Shown: positions 33,193-48,611 of the stretch, one piece after another | Numbering within the stretch: the stretch's first letter is position 1 | Layout: each line of letters begins with the position of its first letter | Assembly (NCBI RefSeq): GCF_009914755.1 | Contig: NC_060933.1 | Reading direction: 5' to 3' (one strand) | DNA from: the human T2T-CHM13v2.0 reference genome, Homo sapiens | Length of the DNA: 64,000 nucleotides | Made by a program: the position numbers and the translations under genes | Notes under the pieces: model-generated | What the model was told of the DNA's origin: nothing | The model's database searches: none | What the model saw: only the letters and a program-made list of their open reading frames with translations

Positions 33193-35105
33193 TACTAGTT
33201 AACACTATGTGAACTTCATGGGAAATGGACACTGCAACTCCACCATAAATAGAAACTGTTTATGTCAAAAAACACATAAAAGCGTAGTTGCAAGATTACA
33301 ATTCCTTCCAGATATTTCATTTAGTATCTCCACAGATCACTAACTGCCTGAATAGCATTCTTGTGTCTCCACTGACTCACATTTGATTTCAGGTCATTCC
33401 ATCAATTGTCAAAGACGCATCCAACATTAACTTTCCAACTACTGGTTCGGATTGTGTCAACACTGTCATCCTGGGCCACAACAACACAAAAGGCTAACTC
33501 GGTGAGGTAACATAGACACTGATCAGTGAGATTTTGCTGATGGGTGGTACCATTTTTTACTAAGATCAAGGGTATTCATACCTTCAGGCATCTAGATAAC
33601 ATTGAAAAGGGCAGGTTCATAGATAAAAAGGGAAAGAGGAAGGGTTTTTGCAGTATACATGAGCTACTGTGTCTCCTGTTTAACCTGAGTCTGAAGAGAT
33701 TCAAAGTGCAGGTGCCATGAATGCCTCTTTAATAGTTCAATGTCGATTGATTTTCTGGGCTATACTTCCCAGCATTCAAATTGCTAAATGCATATAAACT
33801 ACTACTGAATATTTATAACCTGGATTTGTGCTTTTGAGTGACCTTATCTATAGTTATGTGCTTCAATGATCCAACTTGGGGTGGACTCCAAACTTTGATA
33901 AATTAAAGACCCTGCTTATTCCTTGAGTGTTGCTACACTAACAACTGATTTAGTGAATGCCACTGTGAAAATAATAAACCTCTTGGTGAATATATTTAGA
34001 CATGTCTTGTAACCTGTACACATCTTAACCAGGGATGTTACTTGGTCTTTCTATGCTCAGGAGTGTGTGGAGATAGAAAAACATACAGGATTGTAATTGT
34101 TGCCTGTGAGACTAACAGAAAATTCAACCTAGTGAAGTATGTTTATGCATGGCACACTTCTCACCAGCAATTTTAGGAAGTTCTACCCACAACCCATATG
34201 TCTTTTGATATGTGTGTTACCTTGGAGAGAGAAAAAGAAACTCTGAACACAAGCATGAAATACTTTTGAATTTTATCTAGAGTTGGACTTGTCTGAAAGC
34301 TTTTGTATAAACTTGCTAGATGAGCAACTGTTGTCCACTGGTACCTTCACTGTACAATCCACACACAACCAAACTTCACAACTGGACACCTAAATTTGCA
34401 CTTTGTTTGGTAAAGTTGAATGAAAAATGTTGTCTTTTAAACAGCTGTCTTATGAAAGCTGTTATTAGATGAATTTTACTCCAAGATATGCCAGTTAGGA
34501 AGTAACTTCCAATTTAATTTCACCAGCTCCCTGTGGGTGGACTAATTAGTCATACATCACACTTACTCTGGTGGTGAAATGCCTCAAAAGAAGGTCTCCA
34601 GAGTGTTGCTCTACCTAGAAGGACAAGAATGAAGAGACATAAAAATCATTCATTAAGAAGGAAGATTTTCCTTGCCTAGATTTTCACTTGTAGGATCCAA
34701 TTAATTTTATCACTTAATATTTTGTCCTGGTGGGCATTCATTTTACAAATTTGTAAGGTCAGTAGAAATGGAAACTTTTGGAAATCAAACTGTAAATGTT
34801 CTATAGACGTTGACAGAAATAGCTATTTGGAGCTGTGCTTTTGCCAACTAGACACTCTGAGAAAATCTGCGAGAGAATATTTTCAGGAAGTCAATGAACC
34901 CCCTAAAAATCAAGTTTATTGCTTTTACCATAAATATAAATAATTTATTTATTATCAACCACTTTCAATATTCCAATAAGTAACCTTTATTGTTTATTTC
35001 ATTGACATGATCTACATAGACACACAATTTATCTTCTTTTGTGATACATTCAGAAAATTTGCTGCCTGGAAAAGACATGTTTTAAAATTACCACCTGTTT
35101 GATGA

Positions 35106-35350
35106 TTTTTTTTTCATACTTTAAGTTTTAGAGCACATGTGCACAACGTACAGTTTAGTTATATATGTATACATGTGCCATGTTGGTGTGCTGCACCCAT
35201 TAACTCATCGTTTATCATTAGGTATATCTCCTAACGCTATCCCTCCCCCGTCCCCCAGCCCACAACAGGCCCTCGTGTGTGATATTTCCCTTCCTGTGTC
35301 CATGTGTTCTCATTGTTCAATTCCCACCTATGAGTGAGAACATGCAGGGT
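35106..35350 (-). mobile_element. Short L1PA 3'UTR fragment
   Basis: T-tail then 'tactttaagttttag..catgtgcacaac..cccacctatgagtgagaacatg'. Confidence 0.93.
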
Positions 35351-38300
35351 TTCATTTCCACTTAAGTATCTATCTCTATTTGTCCTTTATTTTCACTTCC
35401 ATCCTAGCTCTATCCCTTGTCTCCTTCGTGTGTCTCAGGATAAGTGCCCTATAACATTTTATATTTCTGGAAACCCTTCAATATAAAGTTATTACATGTA
35501 AAAATAAAAAGTCTGTTTTAGCGAACTTTTTCTTCACAAATTATCTTTTCCTACTTCCCTATTAGACAATTTTTGTAGGCTCCATATGCTATTAATTTAT
35601 ATTCACTTTTAGAAGAATTTTAATCAAAAGCAAAATTCTTATGTAAATTGATTATATGCTATTTGTACTTCTATGTATATATACACACATAGCCACATAC
35701 ATATATGTAACTCTGGAGGCCTGCCTAGACTCTTTAATAACTGTATTGAACAAGAGCAAGAAAAAGCTGTTCAAATTTCAAACAAAAAGTTGAACTGAAG
35801 AGCTCACATCTTTGAACTAAATAGACACTAGTAGCCTTTAAAAATTAAACATTTCTACTGTTTTAAAAAATTATAGCCATCATAGTATAAGGAAAAAATG
35901 TAATAATCCTTTTTAATTCTTGTCATTTTATTAACCGCGGAGTCCTTATGCCCTAACTTCATTGGTACACCTTTGAGATTAAACAGAACACTTAATTTAA
36001 AATTCTGATAAATAAATTAATTACACCATTTACTTGAGGTACTCTTTCACCTTTCAAGAAATATTTTGAGAATTCATTAGCTAAATATTGCTATAATGCA
36101 GGCTACTAATAAATGGAAATAATGAGTTCATTGTAAAGTTTAAACTAATGATAGCATGATCTGGAATTTTTGTTAACCTAGAAGACATAATTAGCTCTAG
36201 AGGTGAAATGAAAGACAAAATCACTTCACATATTAGTAAAAAACAAATAATATAACTTTATAAGCTACTGCTGTTCTTTTGCTAGTAAGAACCAATGACA
36301 CCTGTAATTATGGAAGATTATGGAAAGGTTAAAGGGGAAAATACATGCAGTCTATCTACAGGAAACCTAAACTGTTTAGGTTAAGGAAAGGTCTGCGAAA
36401 GTCATATTAATTAGCAGGTTCACAGGAAACTAACATTTATTGTATAAATTCCATGGTAAAATGTATTAGGGCTCCATGCACACAACTGTGCGCCATCTGT
36501 GTTACCACACAGTGCTTACTTCTTTCAGTCTTTATTCATTTCTCTCCTAATGGTCTGTATGGTATTATTACATAGTTCTAAAAACCTTCCATGAGGCAGA
36601 AATTTCATTTAATGATATAGCTTTGAAAATAATGAAAAACAGTAGAAACTTTCCATTTTTTTATGAAGCAGAATTGTTGAATTTTCAGTTTCATTTATTT
36701 AATGTTACAAGATGACAAACATATTTCTTTAATTCCTTCTTGTTATTTTTGTCTAACATCAACCAAAGCCATTTCTTTCATGTGAAGGTGAAAACTGCTC
36801 ATCAAAATCCAGTTTAAGCTGAGAAACAAAGAACTAAATTTTGCATGAGAGATTATACACTGCATAAGTATAAAACAGGACCAGAAACAATGGTGGATTA
36901 GCAATTTTTAAAAAGACAAAAGCAGGTTATCATCAAATCAATTGTTACCAACACACCAATTCCACCTCTAGGCCAGAAAATTAGCCACTTACCCACGGGA
37001 AAACAATGATTGAAGACAAAGTTCACCAGTGAAAGTTGGTTATTTTTTTCCATCCTTGCATCGACTAAAATGATATCTACAGTTCCTCTTAACACTTTTC
37101 TTACTTTCAAATATGTGGGTATGCTTCATTAGCTGAGGCCATGTTCCATATGTACATCTGGCTACAAGGGAAACTGCAAATGTGAGCCCTGATCCTAAAG
37201 TTTGTAGAGTATTTAGAAATTTGAGAATTCCCTCCAAATAAAGAGTTTTTTAAAACATTGTTAGACAAAAAGTTTGAATTACAAAATGTGGTAGTAGCTC
37301 AGGTCTAACTCAAATGCTGGGAAAAAAACTATTAGCTCTAAAAAAAATTAAATACACATTTGATGGTAATGAGAAACAGAAAACAGGCATAAATAGTAGA
37401 ATATTCAACCACTGATGAAGTATTTGACCATTGAATAAAGAAAATTGCAATGATTTACATTTGCATCAATGCAACTTCACACCTGCTGACACTTCCCAGT
37501 CTGTGCAAAATTAGATGTCTATGAGTAAAGCGGTGAGTTTTACTAGCTTGAGGAATAAGAGCACAGAGATCCAGGCTGACAGAAAAGAAGAACTGAGAAA
37601 TTTGAATGACATGGGAGGAAATCTCACACAACTGAAAGTCACAGAGGAGAATGTCACAGAGTAAAAATCTAAAATCAGCACTTAAACTTCATTCAGATAT
37701 ATGATGGCTGCTACATTTCACATTCATAAAAAGAGACTCCATAGAATCCAGCAGAAAACAACAGCTAAATTGCTAGTACAGAGCAGAGATTTCAACCATT
37801 GCATATAGCTCAGGAGTGAAAGTTTGGTGTTTGAATACAGAAAGAAGACTAATGTTAGAAAAGAGTCACTCTTCAAAGGAAAATAAAAGAACCTATCTCT
37901 ACAAAATATCATACACATAATCTAACATATAATTTAACCTGCCTAGACATAGAACCAGGAAAATATGACACATAACATAAAAAGTAAACAATGGATTAAG
38001 ACATTGAAATGGCCCACATGCTGGAATTAGAAGATAAGAAATTTAAAATAAGCTATTATAAGCATATTCAAGGATTTAAGGAATAGATGGTCATAAGAGG
38101 GAATATATGAAGAATCTCAACAGAGAAGTAAAAATGATAAAGAGATAATAGGACAAATTTTAGAACTGAGAGACAGAATATCTTATATAAAAGTGTCATT
38201 TTATGCACATTCCAGTAAATTAAAGATGGCAGAAAAAACTATCAGTGCACTTAAAAACAGATCAAGAACAATTTCCCAATACAGTTAATACAAAGGAGAA

Positions 38301-39253
38301 AAATAATAAAAATAGGGCCAGTCTAGCACTAATATAATTGGACTCCTAGAAAGAGTAGAGAAGAAAATGAGACAGAAAAAGCTATTTGAAAAAGTAAAGA
38401 GCAAAAGTTTTCCTAATTGTCAGCATATATCAACTTACAGGTTTAAGAAACTCAAAGAACAGAATAAAAATAAAGAGATCCAAATGTAGACATACCATAG
38501 TCAAACCACTGGGCAAAAAAAAGAGTAAATCTTGAAAGTAGCTAAAGGGAGGGAGAAAATAATTTACATACGTGGAAACAAATAAACAGATGACCTGTCA
38601 TCAGAAATGACACTTTAAAAAGCAAAGAAACTCATCTTCAAAATAAAAAAAAACTGTCAACTCCAAATTCTATAACTAGAAAAAGTAATTCTTGAGAAAA
38701 TAAAGATTTATTCAGATAAAAGAAAGCTTCGAACAATTGTCATTAGCAGACCTAGATACAAGAAATGCAAACGGAAATTTTTTAGACTAAAGAAAGATAA
38801 AAACAGATGGAAATTCGGACCTACAGGAAGCAAGGAGAATCTCTAGGAATGGCATGTGCATAAACATGAAAAACTAAGGCTTTTTTTCTTTTAGTTTTAT
38901 AACAAACAACTGATGGTTTAAATAAAAAATTAAGAGTACTATTGATAATGTATGTAGAGTAAAATATTCTAAATTAATAGCTCTGACAGGAGACTAAACG
39001 CAACAATTTTGCCGCAACTTTTCTTTATGTTACATGAAAACGTTGACTATTAACAGTAAGCGGACTGCGATAAGCCCAGGATGTTTATTATAATCCCTAG
39101 AGAACCACCACATTATATGAAGATATTCTTCTAAAATGCCAATAAAGGAATTAAAATGGAAAGCTGAATATTGTTCAGTTAATATAAAAAGGCATGAAAG
39201 AAAGAACAGAGGAGCAAAAAATGATGGAACAAATAGAACGTAAGAGCAAAATA

Positions 39254-39615
<362 letters not shown>

Positions 39616-40909
39616 TTAAATACTCCAAATAAAACACAGATTGTCCAACTATATAATAAAAGTACCTATAAGAGATGCATGCCAAATATTATGGTATAGA
39701 TAAGTTGAGAGTAAAATAATTTCCAAGTATACCAAGGAAACAACAAGCACAAGAAATCTTATGTGGCTATATTAATACAAGAAAAAGTAGACCTCCAAAC
39801 AAGCAATATTACAACAGAAAGCTATTTCATAACGATAAAATGTCAAGTAATTATGAAGACATAATGCTGTATTGCTGATAGAATAACTAAAGAAAGTTAA
39901 GACAAAATAATTTTGACAACAGCTTGACCTAATCGATACTGACCAAGACAATAGAATATATGTTCTATTATGCTACACATGAAACATTTATCAATAGGCT
40001 ATAGACCACAAAATATCTCTCAAAAAGTTTCAAAACACTGTAATCATAGAAAGTATGCTTTCTGACCATAATGAAAATGAGTTGAAATGGGTGAAAACAA
40101 GCTACCCAGGAAAGTCTACACTATTGGAAGATTTAAATACACCTTAAAATGCCCTTTAGCTCAAGGAAGAAATCATAAGAAACACCTTAAAATACATTGA
40201 ACTGAATACAAATAAAAATATACTATATCAAAATATGTGGGATAAAGTTAAGCAGACCCAGAGTAAATTTTTTGTATAAATGCTTATTCTAAAAAAGAGA
40301 AGTTCAAAACAAGTGAACTAATTTTCTACCTTAAAAAGAAAATCTAAAACAAGAGAGCAAATTAAGTCCAAAACAAGTAGACGAAAGAAAATAAAACAGA
40401 AATTAGAAATCAATGAGACAGAAAACAGACACAGGAGAAAATTAACATGGCCAAAAGTTAGTTCTGTGAGAAAGAAAGAAAACGCAAATTATAAATATCA
40501 GGGATTAATGAGATTGTACAGTTGTAGACACAAGAGACATTAACAAGATAATGGAATATTGTGAAACATTTTATACTAATTTTCATTACTTGGATGAAAG
40601 GGTGAATTTCTTGAAAAAAACATAAAAAAATTCACAAGATTAAATGGAATATATGAAGTAATTGACATTTATTAAAGTAATTAAATTAATTGTCAAATAC
40701 CTGCACATAAAAACATAAAACTAAAGAAGTAAAAAAATAAGCAAACTCCACATCTAAAGAGTTTTGCTGGTGAATTCTTTCAAACGTTTTAAAAAAATAA
40801 ATTTTTTAAATTATTTCAGAAGAAGGGGGAAATTCCAAACTTGTTTTATGAGTCAGAATCCTGACAGCAAAACTACAAAACCCAGGAATGCAAAATTGAT
40901 TTCAACTTA

Positions 40910-41532
40910 AAGGGCTATCACCATTCTAATCTGTGATTCTAATGAATTTGGCTATCTTAGATACTTTATACAAGTGGAATCATACAGTTTGTCCTTCTGT
41001 GACTGATTTACTTTACTTAGCATTAATGTCCTCTAGGTTCATCCATGTTGCATATTGCCGGATTTTCTTGTTTTAAAGCTGAATAATATTCCGTTGTATG
41101 AATATACCACATTTTCTTTATCTATTCATCTGCCAATAGATATTAACCTTATTTCCACATTTTGATTAGTGTAAATAATGCTGCAATGAGCCTGAGAATC
41201 ATCCCAATCTCAATTCTTTCAGATAAATAACCTGAAGTGAGACTGCTAGATCATATGGTAGTTCTACTTTCTTAATTTTTTTGAGGAACCACCGTACTGT
41301 TTTCCATAGAGGCTGCACAGTTTTACTTTCCCAGAAACACTGTACAAGTGTTCCAATTTCTCCCCATTGTTAACACTTGTTATCTTTTTCTTTTAATAAG
41401 ACCATTCTAACAGGCTTGAGGCAATATCTCTTTGTGGTTTTGATTTGCATTTCCCTGATGATTAGTGATGCTGAGCATTTTTTTCATGTACCTGTTGGTC
41501 ATTTGGATATTTTCTTTGGAGAAATATCTATC
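40910..41532 (-). mobile_element. L1MA/L1MB-type fragment nested antisense in the older L1
   Basis: 'gtggaatcatacag..ggttcatccatgttg..gtggttttgatttgcatttccctgatgattagtgatg'. Confidence 0.8.
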
Positions 41533-43959
41533 ACTGATTTAAAAAAAAAATCTTAGCAAGCTAGAAAAAGAAATTTTCTCGAAGTGATGGAAAGTATCCA
41601 CAACAAAACATATAAACAATATCATATTTAATGGTGAAAGCGTAAATGTTTAAACCACATAGATTAGGACAAGAAAGGGATGTATGTGTTCATCACCTCT
41701 ATTCAACATTGTACTGGTGATCCTAGATTTTGAGTATAAATATTTAGGGGACAACTATTGTCACTGAAGTCCAAATCTTGGTCATCCTCAGAAAAAAAAA
41801 AAAGTTGATTAGGTTGTATATAATCTAATTCCACCTGCTAATTTAATTTGTCTAAAACTACAGCTTGTATCAACTCTAGAATTTATTGGGCACCTCCTAG
41901 GACATAAACACTGGAATTTGGTGAGAGACATCAAATAGGAAAGAACCTGGTTCTGACATAAATTCAACACACGGAAGGGGACACATGTTATGAGACTGAC
42001 CTGGCCTCTTCATCTCATAAAAAGGGTTCTTGTTGCTGGTAACACAGATTAAAACTATTTCAATTACATTCAAGATAAAAAGATTAGCAATGGTATGTAA
42101 GATGAAAAAACCACCCCGCAGGAAGACAAAAGTCTCACAAAAGGATATTTAAACTAGCCAACACTTTGAAATTCAGGCAGAGATTGTGCTTTCTGGGTGA
42201 ACTAAAGTAGCAAGAACAAAGTAGAGGCTCCAATTCTAGGAAAAATTGGCCCTAATAAGGTTTACAATCCAGAAACTCAAGAAATCCAGACAGAAGGATG
42301 CAGTCTCTGCTTTCAAGGCAGTAGCAGTACCTGGATTACTAAGCCAATCCCCAACACAATCATAAACACAAATTTGATTGAGGAAGAAGCTTGCCCACCA
42401 GAAGATTTAGGTTATTACAAGGTAGAATGTGATAGAGAAAAAGAGCATGGGACTGGAAACAAAAGGAGGTAGCCCCATGATTACAACTGGAATATATCTG
42501 TCAGAGATGGTGTGGAAATAAGACTGAAGAGAGAGATCCTTAAACCCCACGTGCCTTACATCAGGACTAATCCTGGACACAGGCTGGAAAGCATAGCCTA
42601 CAGGTGGTGAGGGAGGAGGAGTGGGCTCAGCTGTGAGAAGGAGAAGGCAATATGGCTGAAAACCGGATACGGGTCTTGAAATTACACAGAGAATTTGGGA
42701 CTTTGCTGCTGTCTGCCACCAGCTGCCAGTAGTTCTCACACTTTGGCTGGCATCAAAATCACCTGGGGCAGTGGTGGGGAAGCGGGAGGAGTGTTGTAAA
42801 ACCACAAGTGACCAGGCAAAAAACATTTGTATGTATTCCAATTCAGTAAGTACAGAAATATTAATTGGAAAAAGGTGGAGGTCAGACATTGATAGTGCTG
42901 TGGACTGCTCCAGGGACATACGCATGATCTTTAGAGAGGTGACTCTAATCAGCTGAGGGCAACCACTGGACAGAAAGCATTCCAGACCAAAAGTACACAA
43001 AGACATCATACAACTACACTTTAGCAACCTCTCCAAATAACATGTCTCTTAGTGAAACTTGGGACGTTGAAAGTTAAAAACATAAAATCCAGTGACATTT
43101 ATGTATCCTAGGCACTTACATTTGTCTGATTCTTCCAACTTGCCTTTGCTTGGTTAGAGTTTTGGGTAGATAAGAGGTGGATTTACATGTGCTAGTGTGA
43201 GAACTTTGATACACTCATTTAGACTTTGACCTGCTATCTTGATGTTTGAAAGCTAAAACCCAAAGAAATTTGTCTTTTTACATAAAACAAATTCAGCCCT
43301 TACCTTCCTTATCAATTACATCTTCCACTAGCAGTAATAAAAAAGTAACAATATGCATAAGTCAAAGTATCTTCTTAGATCCTCTGTAGTGTTTTATTAT
43401 TGTTAATTAAAGTAACTGTCTCAAAATTTCAAGGAATGCCTGAGAAGCAGTTCATGTTAAAAGGCTGCCCTGTTGTGACAATGTGTTGTATGTTTTACTG
43501 TAAAAGTAATCTTATTTTACCTTATAACCTCTACAATCCAATTCATAACAGCATAAAAAGGAAATAAAACCTTACATAATTTTGAATTTTAAAAAGTACC
43601 TTGTTTATATGGCTTCTTTAGCTAATGAATAGTCAATTTGGTAAATATTCCAGTGAGTTGAAGGTTTGAATCCATCTCACTTAACTAGCTTGATGGATGT
43701 ATTTCTAAACCTATACAACCCACTCCTCTGCTTTTAAAAAAATAAAGTTAGCTGTAGATTGAGGTGTCAGTGACACAGTTTATAGAACATAACTTAGATT
43801 GTCGTCTACATTACTGTAACTACAAATACCACCCTCAGATGGAAGAATCAGTTTTATCAGTGAACATCTCTAATTGAACTATAAATGGTGTATGTCTTCT
43901 GGCTTTTACAAGCTCTTGGTCTAACACAGGAGATATATGATGTAAAAATTACAAAGCAA

Positions 43960-44361
<402 letters not shown>

Positions 44362-44899
44362 CTAAGCTCACTGATGTAAAGGAATAGAAAGAAAAGGTTT
44401 GGTGGAAAAACCAATAACCTGTTATCCTTTCTGTCTTTTGTTTTTTAAAAGCTTGAGCATTTGGGAGAATTTGGAAAGATTGTGGAGTAAGTGCAAAGAA
44501 GGAATTTGCTAACAAAAATTATATAGGGTAAAATGAGTTTTTTCCAGGTTAGAAAATATCCACTCCCTGCACTCCTACATTTCTTTCCCATGGTTAAGAA
44601 GAGGAAAAAACAAAGGCCTCTTGATGAGCAGTGGTGACTTAGGCAGTTTCTTAGAAATATTCTAGAAGGCATAGTCATTTTTTAAAAAAAATAGCTACAA
44701 GGATATGTCTAAGCAGAAGGGACCATGTGCCAAATTACGTGTAGATTTTTGCATTCCAAATATGGTGAAGAAGAAGCAGGAAGCTGGGGGGCCTAAACAG
44801 GCCACACAGAAATGGGCAAGGAAGAGGCCAGCAGCAGATTGTGGGGACAAGATGTCCAGCCCCAAATGTAAAACCCACCAACCATCCTCCAAATTCTGG

Positions 44900-45313
44900 C
44901 TCTGTTTAACAAGGCTGTGGTCTGACACTAGATGCCGCCTCAGTGGCTAAAGCATAATTCTCCGTCTCCTGGGAGTGTTGACAGCTGAGTCCTGGCAACA
45001 ATACTCACAGCACAGTAAAGTTCCTTCATCCAAGTTCATGTCCCTTCTCAAGGCATCCCACATCCGAGAACTGCTTGGTACAGAAATATAATGGCCTGGT
45101 TTTCTTGCTCCAATTCGAGGTCATTAGGTAAACTCACCAAGATCCCTGTAGAGTGGACTGCGGCCATGATAGTGATTGCATTCCAGCCGACTTCCTGCTC
45201 CACCCAATCCTATTGCTTTCACTCTTCCACAGGTGTTGGGAATATCATTTCAACCTCCTTGCATGCAAATCTCCAACTCGGAGTCGGCTTCCTAGGACAC
45301 TTGACTGGTGACA
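44900..45313 (+). mobile_element. ERVL LTR (LTR16-like)
   Basis: 3' end 'gcatgcaaatctccaactcggagtcggcttcc..gaca'. Confidence 0.6.
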
Positions 45314-46621
45314 TCTCTATCACTATCACAGTACTTAGAGAAGGGCATTTTAAAATGATTGAAGGCTAACTGCTCTAACAGCACAGACAGATGGTGACTT
45401 AAAATAGAATTTAAGTGGATTTAAAAAAACATGAAAAAGTTGACATGGCACGCTCATATGAGCTTATAGATCAAACCATGCGTATGATTTCTGAGATCCC
45501 TCTTGCAGTATATATTTGCACTGTTTATAAATGACATCCCCTTGAATTGAATTCAGTGCAATTCAAAACAGTAATTTGTGGGAAAAATTAGATATGCAGA
45601 TAGCCTGGACTCTAGAGAGGCACACATCATTTGGAGAATATTAGTGAACTGGCTGGTCTATGAGGGAAGAAAGCAGAGTGAATATAGACTATTACTGAAC
45701 AAGGATATTTTCCCATGTATATTCAAATTAAGGTGAACTTCTTTACAGAATTGTGCCTTAGAAACAAAAAGTATTTCCCTATATTTGAGTCCTCACAAGT
45801 TTTCCTACGATGTGTGCTTTTGTGATTATTTTGAATAACAAAATAATATTTAAAGTAACTCTCTTGCCCTGAATGTACTTTAATTTATGTCAATTGATGT
45901 TGCATATAGAGATCTTCAGAGTCAAGCTACAAGAAAAGGAGGAACATAACTTAGCAAAGACTTAGAGGATTAGTCCTAATAGTGTGAAATCAAAAGTTCA
46001 AGTGAGGGAATAAATGCAGCTTTTAATGATTACTTAAATGAAGTTTAACTCTAGCAGGATCTACAAGAAATTGGCAACCTTTGGCTTCAGTAACAGAAAC
46101 TCAGGATATATGCCCTTCAGTGCTTTTGGATTCTGCATCATATTGAGAGAGACTCCTTTAAACAAGCAATAAGAAACTTCCTGTGACAACATAATAAATT
46201 CAAAAAGTTCTGTAACTCAGACAATTTAGATAGAAGTGAGGACTTTGGCCTAGACAGCCCTGTTCACTCTAAAGATGGATTAAACAATGAAAAAGATATT
46301 GATGTCAAAAATTCAATCAGGAATTTGATTAAAGCATTTCATTAAATGTGATAATTTCTTAGTATATTATCTTACATATGTAATATTCATGTGTAACAAA
46401 TTAAATACAAGTAAACATTTGACCATATTATCTGCAGCATAATTTACATATCAATTTACATATTCAGTTTTGCTCACATGAAAACTTGGATCGTCTCAAT
46501 AAGAAAATTTGTGAAATCTTTAATTCCTCATCCCCAGGAATGTAAGTAAATAAATATAAATACTGTAAGTCAGTGATTTTTTCCTAGGAAGACAGTAAAA
46601 ATACTTTACACGCCTTCTCAT

Positions 46622-47120
46622 TGTAAACCTAAATAACAAACAGAGAAAGGCTCTCTAAAGGAAAAAGACACATCTTAGGGAGGAGGGCGCTGCAATGGGA
46701 ATATGCATGACAAAGCAAACTATGTAGATTCAAATGGTAAAGGAAGACAAATTCTTTAAAAGAAAAACGATCAACTTGGAAGTATGAGGGAGTAGAAAAA
46801 ATAAATAAAGGAAAAATGAAGAGGCTTATATAATTGTTTCATTATAGTTATCTTTGACCATAAAGATCAACAAAAAGGTCGATGTCAATTGAAGTTTGGG
46901 CAGGTGGTTGCTGGATAGATGTCCTCACAGAAGTGTATTTTGTGTAAGGTTGCTATGGCCTTTGTGCAAGGTTGTGGTTTTTGTGGTATTTTGTGATAGT
47001 TTTTATCAGGCCTAGAAGCATGAGAACCCTCTCTTCAAGGCCTTCTCTGAATCCATTTGTCCAGGTTTTTTCTTTTCTTTTTAAAGATTAGTGACAGTTT
47101 TGATTCTGATAACTTTTATA
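46622..47120 (-). mobile_element. ERV1 solo LTR (MER67-like)
   Basis: Reverse strand begins 'tataaaagttatcagaatcaaaa'; 4-bp TSD TCAT at 46618-46621 and 47121-47124. Confidence 0.75.
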
Positions 47121-47382
47121 TCATGATCCCTAATTTCAAAAAAAATTAAACGTGTAACTTATTTATGAGGTATTTGATAGGCTTGGATTTATGAATCACC
47201 TCTACTATCTATAGTGGTAGATATATCTGAGCCTACTTACACAGCACTTCCATCAGATTTTTCTCTTCAGTGGAATTGGAAGAGGGGGGTTTTGGAGAAG
47301 GGGATGAAGGAATTGTGCTGCATCAGAGGTCCCCACCTAACAGCACAGGGACTTTTTCTGTGCTCTTGCCAGGCCGTTGTAT

Positions 47383-47430
47383 TAGGCTGATACAAAAGTA
47401 ATTTTGGTTTTGTCACTGAAAGTAATGAGA
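47383..47430. mobile_element. Partial MADE1 (Hsmar1 MITE)
   Basis: TA + 'ttaggctgatacaaaagtaatt..ggttttgtca', similar to the mariner TIR. Confidence 0.55.
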
Positions 47431-47840
47431 CCATCTGACTTACAATGTCTGTGCAGTAACCAGCTCCTAATAGCCTCCTAGGACAGCTTTGCCCTGACAT
47501 ACACTGTCCTGGAACCGCGTCTGCTTTGTAACTCCTGAGGTAGCTGCCACCATGACCAATGCCTTCTCATCTTTACTCTACATGCAGGTAACAGTTATAA
47601 TTATATCTCTGTATATTCACAGAACATTTAGTACATCTGGGACTTCTACAAAATTTCCCTAGCTGATTTTGGTGTTCTAGTGTCCTGGCAGCTCTAGCCA
47701 TGAAGGGATGATGCTTTATCAGCATTTCTGTTGAGTTTTTTGCTTTTTCTCACAAACTGATTCCACTTTTCCCACATACGTTTGACAATTCATTTGAACT
47801 CATTTATTCTAAACCCATTATTTTTTGTCTATTATTTAAT

Positions 47841-48010
47841 AGGGAGGGGGGCGAGGGATAAAAGATAACAAATAAGGTGCAGTGTACACTGTTTGGGTGA
47901 TGGGTGCACCCAAATCTCACAAATAACCAGTAAAGAAGTTATTCATGGAACCAAATACCACCGTACCCCAATAACCTATGGGAAAAAAAATAAAAAATAA
48001 AATAAAAAAG
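47841..48010 (+). mobile_element. L1PB-like 3' end with A-tail
   Basis: 'gggataaaaga..gtgtacactgtttgggtgatgggtgcacc..aaccaaataccacc'. Confidence 0.8.
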
Positions 48011-48329
48011 AGTCAGAAAAAAAGAAAATAATCACTGTACTTACCATGACACTTAGAAATGATGGCTAGCATTATTTGTGTCACCTAATAATATTATTAT
48101 TTTTTCTTTATGCTACAAACTAGCTCTGCTATTGCAATCACTACTATTTGAAGTGTTACTAAATTAAATTAAATTTATTGTATCCTTCTGGACTCAGAAA
48201 TGGGGGGTAAATGCTAAGATAATTTCAGAATATTATCACATATTAAAAGCATATTATATGGGGAAAATGTGATTTTTAAAAAATAGAAATCGGTAGAGAA
48301 ACAGTTTTTGGGTCTCTTTAATTTCCACA

Positions 48330-48610
48330 CATTTTGCAAGTATGGACGCTGACTTTCTTGTTCCAAATGATTGTTTTCAATCATGTTTGTATAGAAAACA
48401 GACTTGGAATAGAAAACCAGTACCTCCTTCTGGAACAAAGGAAAAGTTTATTTACTGTCTAGTATAATGCAGATAATTTCTCCCTCTTGGGAAGGGTACA
48501 GCCAAGTGAACTTCCCATAATACAAGTTGGGGTTTCTTGAGCTTGGGTTTTTCTTCCACAGTGTAATGTGCAGGTGCCACTTGGCTCTCTTTGTGTTATA
48601 CTGGGAAAGC
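48330..48610 (+). mobile_element. Old LTR fragment (MER76-like)
   Basis: 'atgtttgtatag..ttggaa..ctggaacaaagg..agtataat..gataatttctccctc'. Confidence 0.45.
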
Positions 48611-48611
48611 T

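Noticed and set aside
33385-33470. Minus-strand peptide ..LTIDGMT* resembling a heavy-metal-binding (GMTCxxC) motif
   Set aside because: The cysteines are absent and the similarity does not extend.
42407-43036. 209-aa minus-strand ORF, the longest in the track
   Set aside because: No recognisable domain or gene context; it crosses a MER5-like fragment (~42727-42770). Treated as a chance ORF, although BLASTP was not run.
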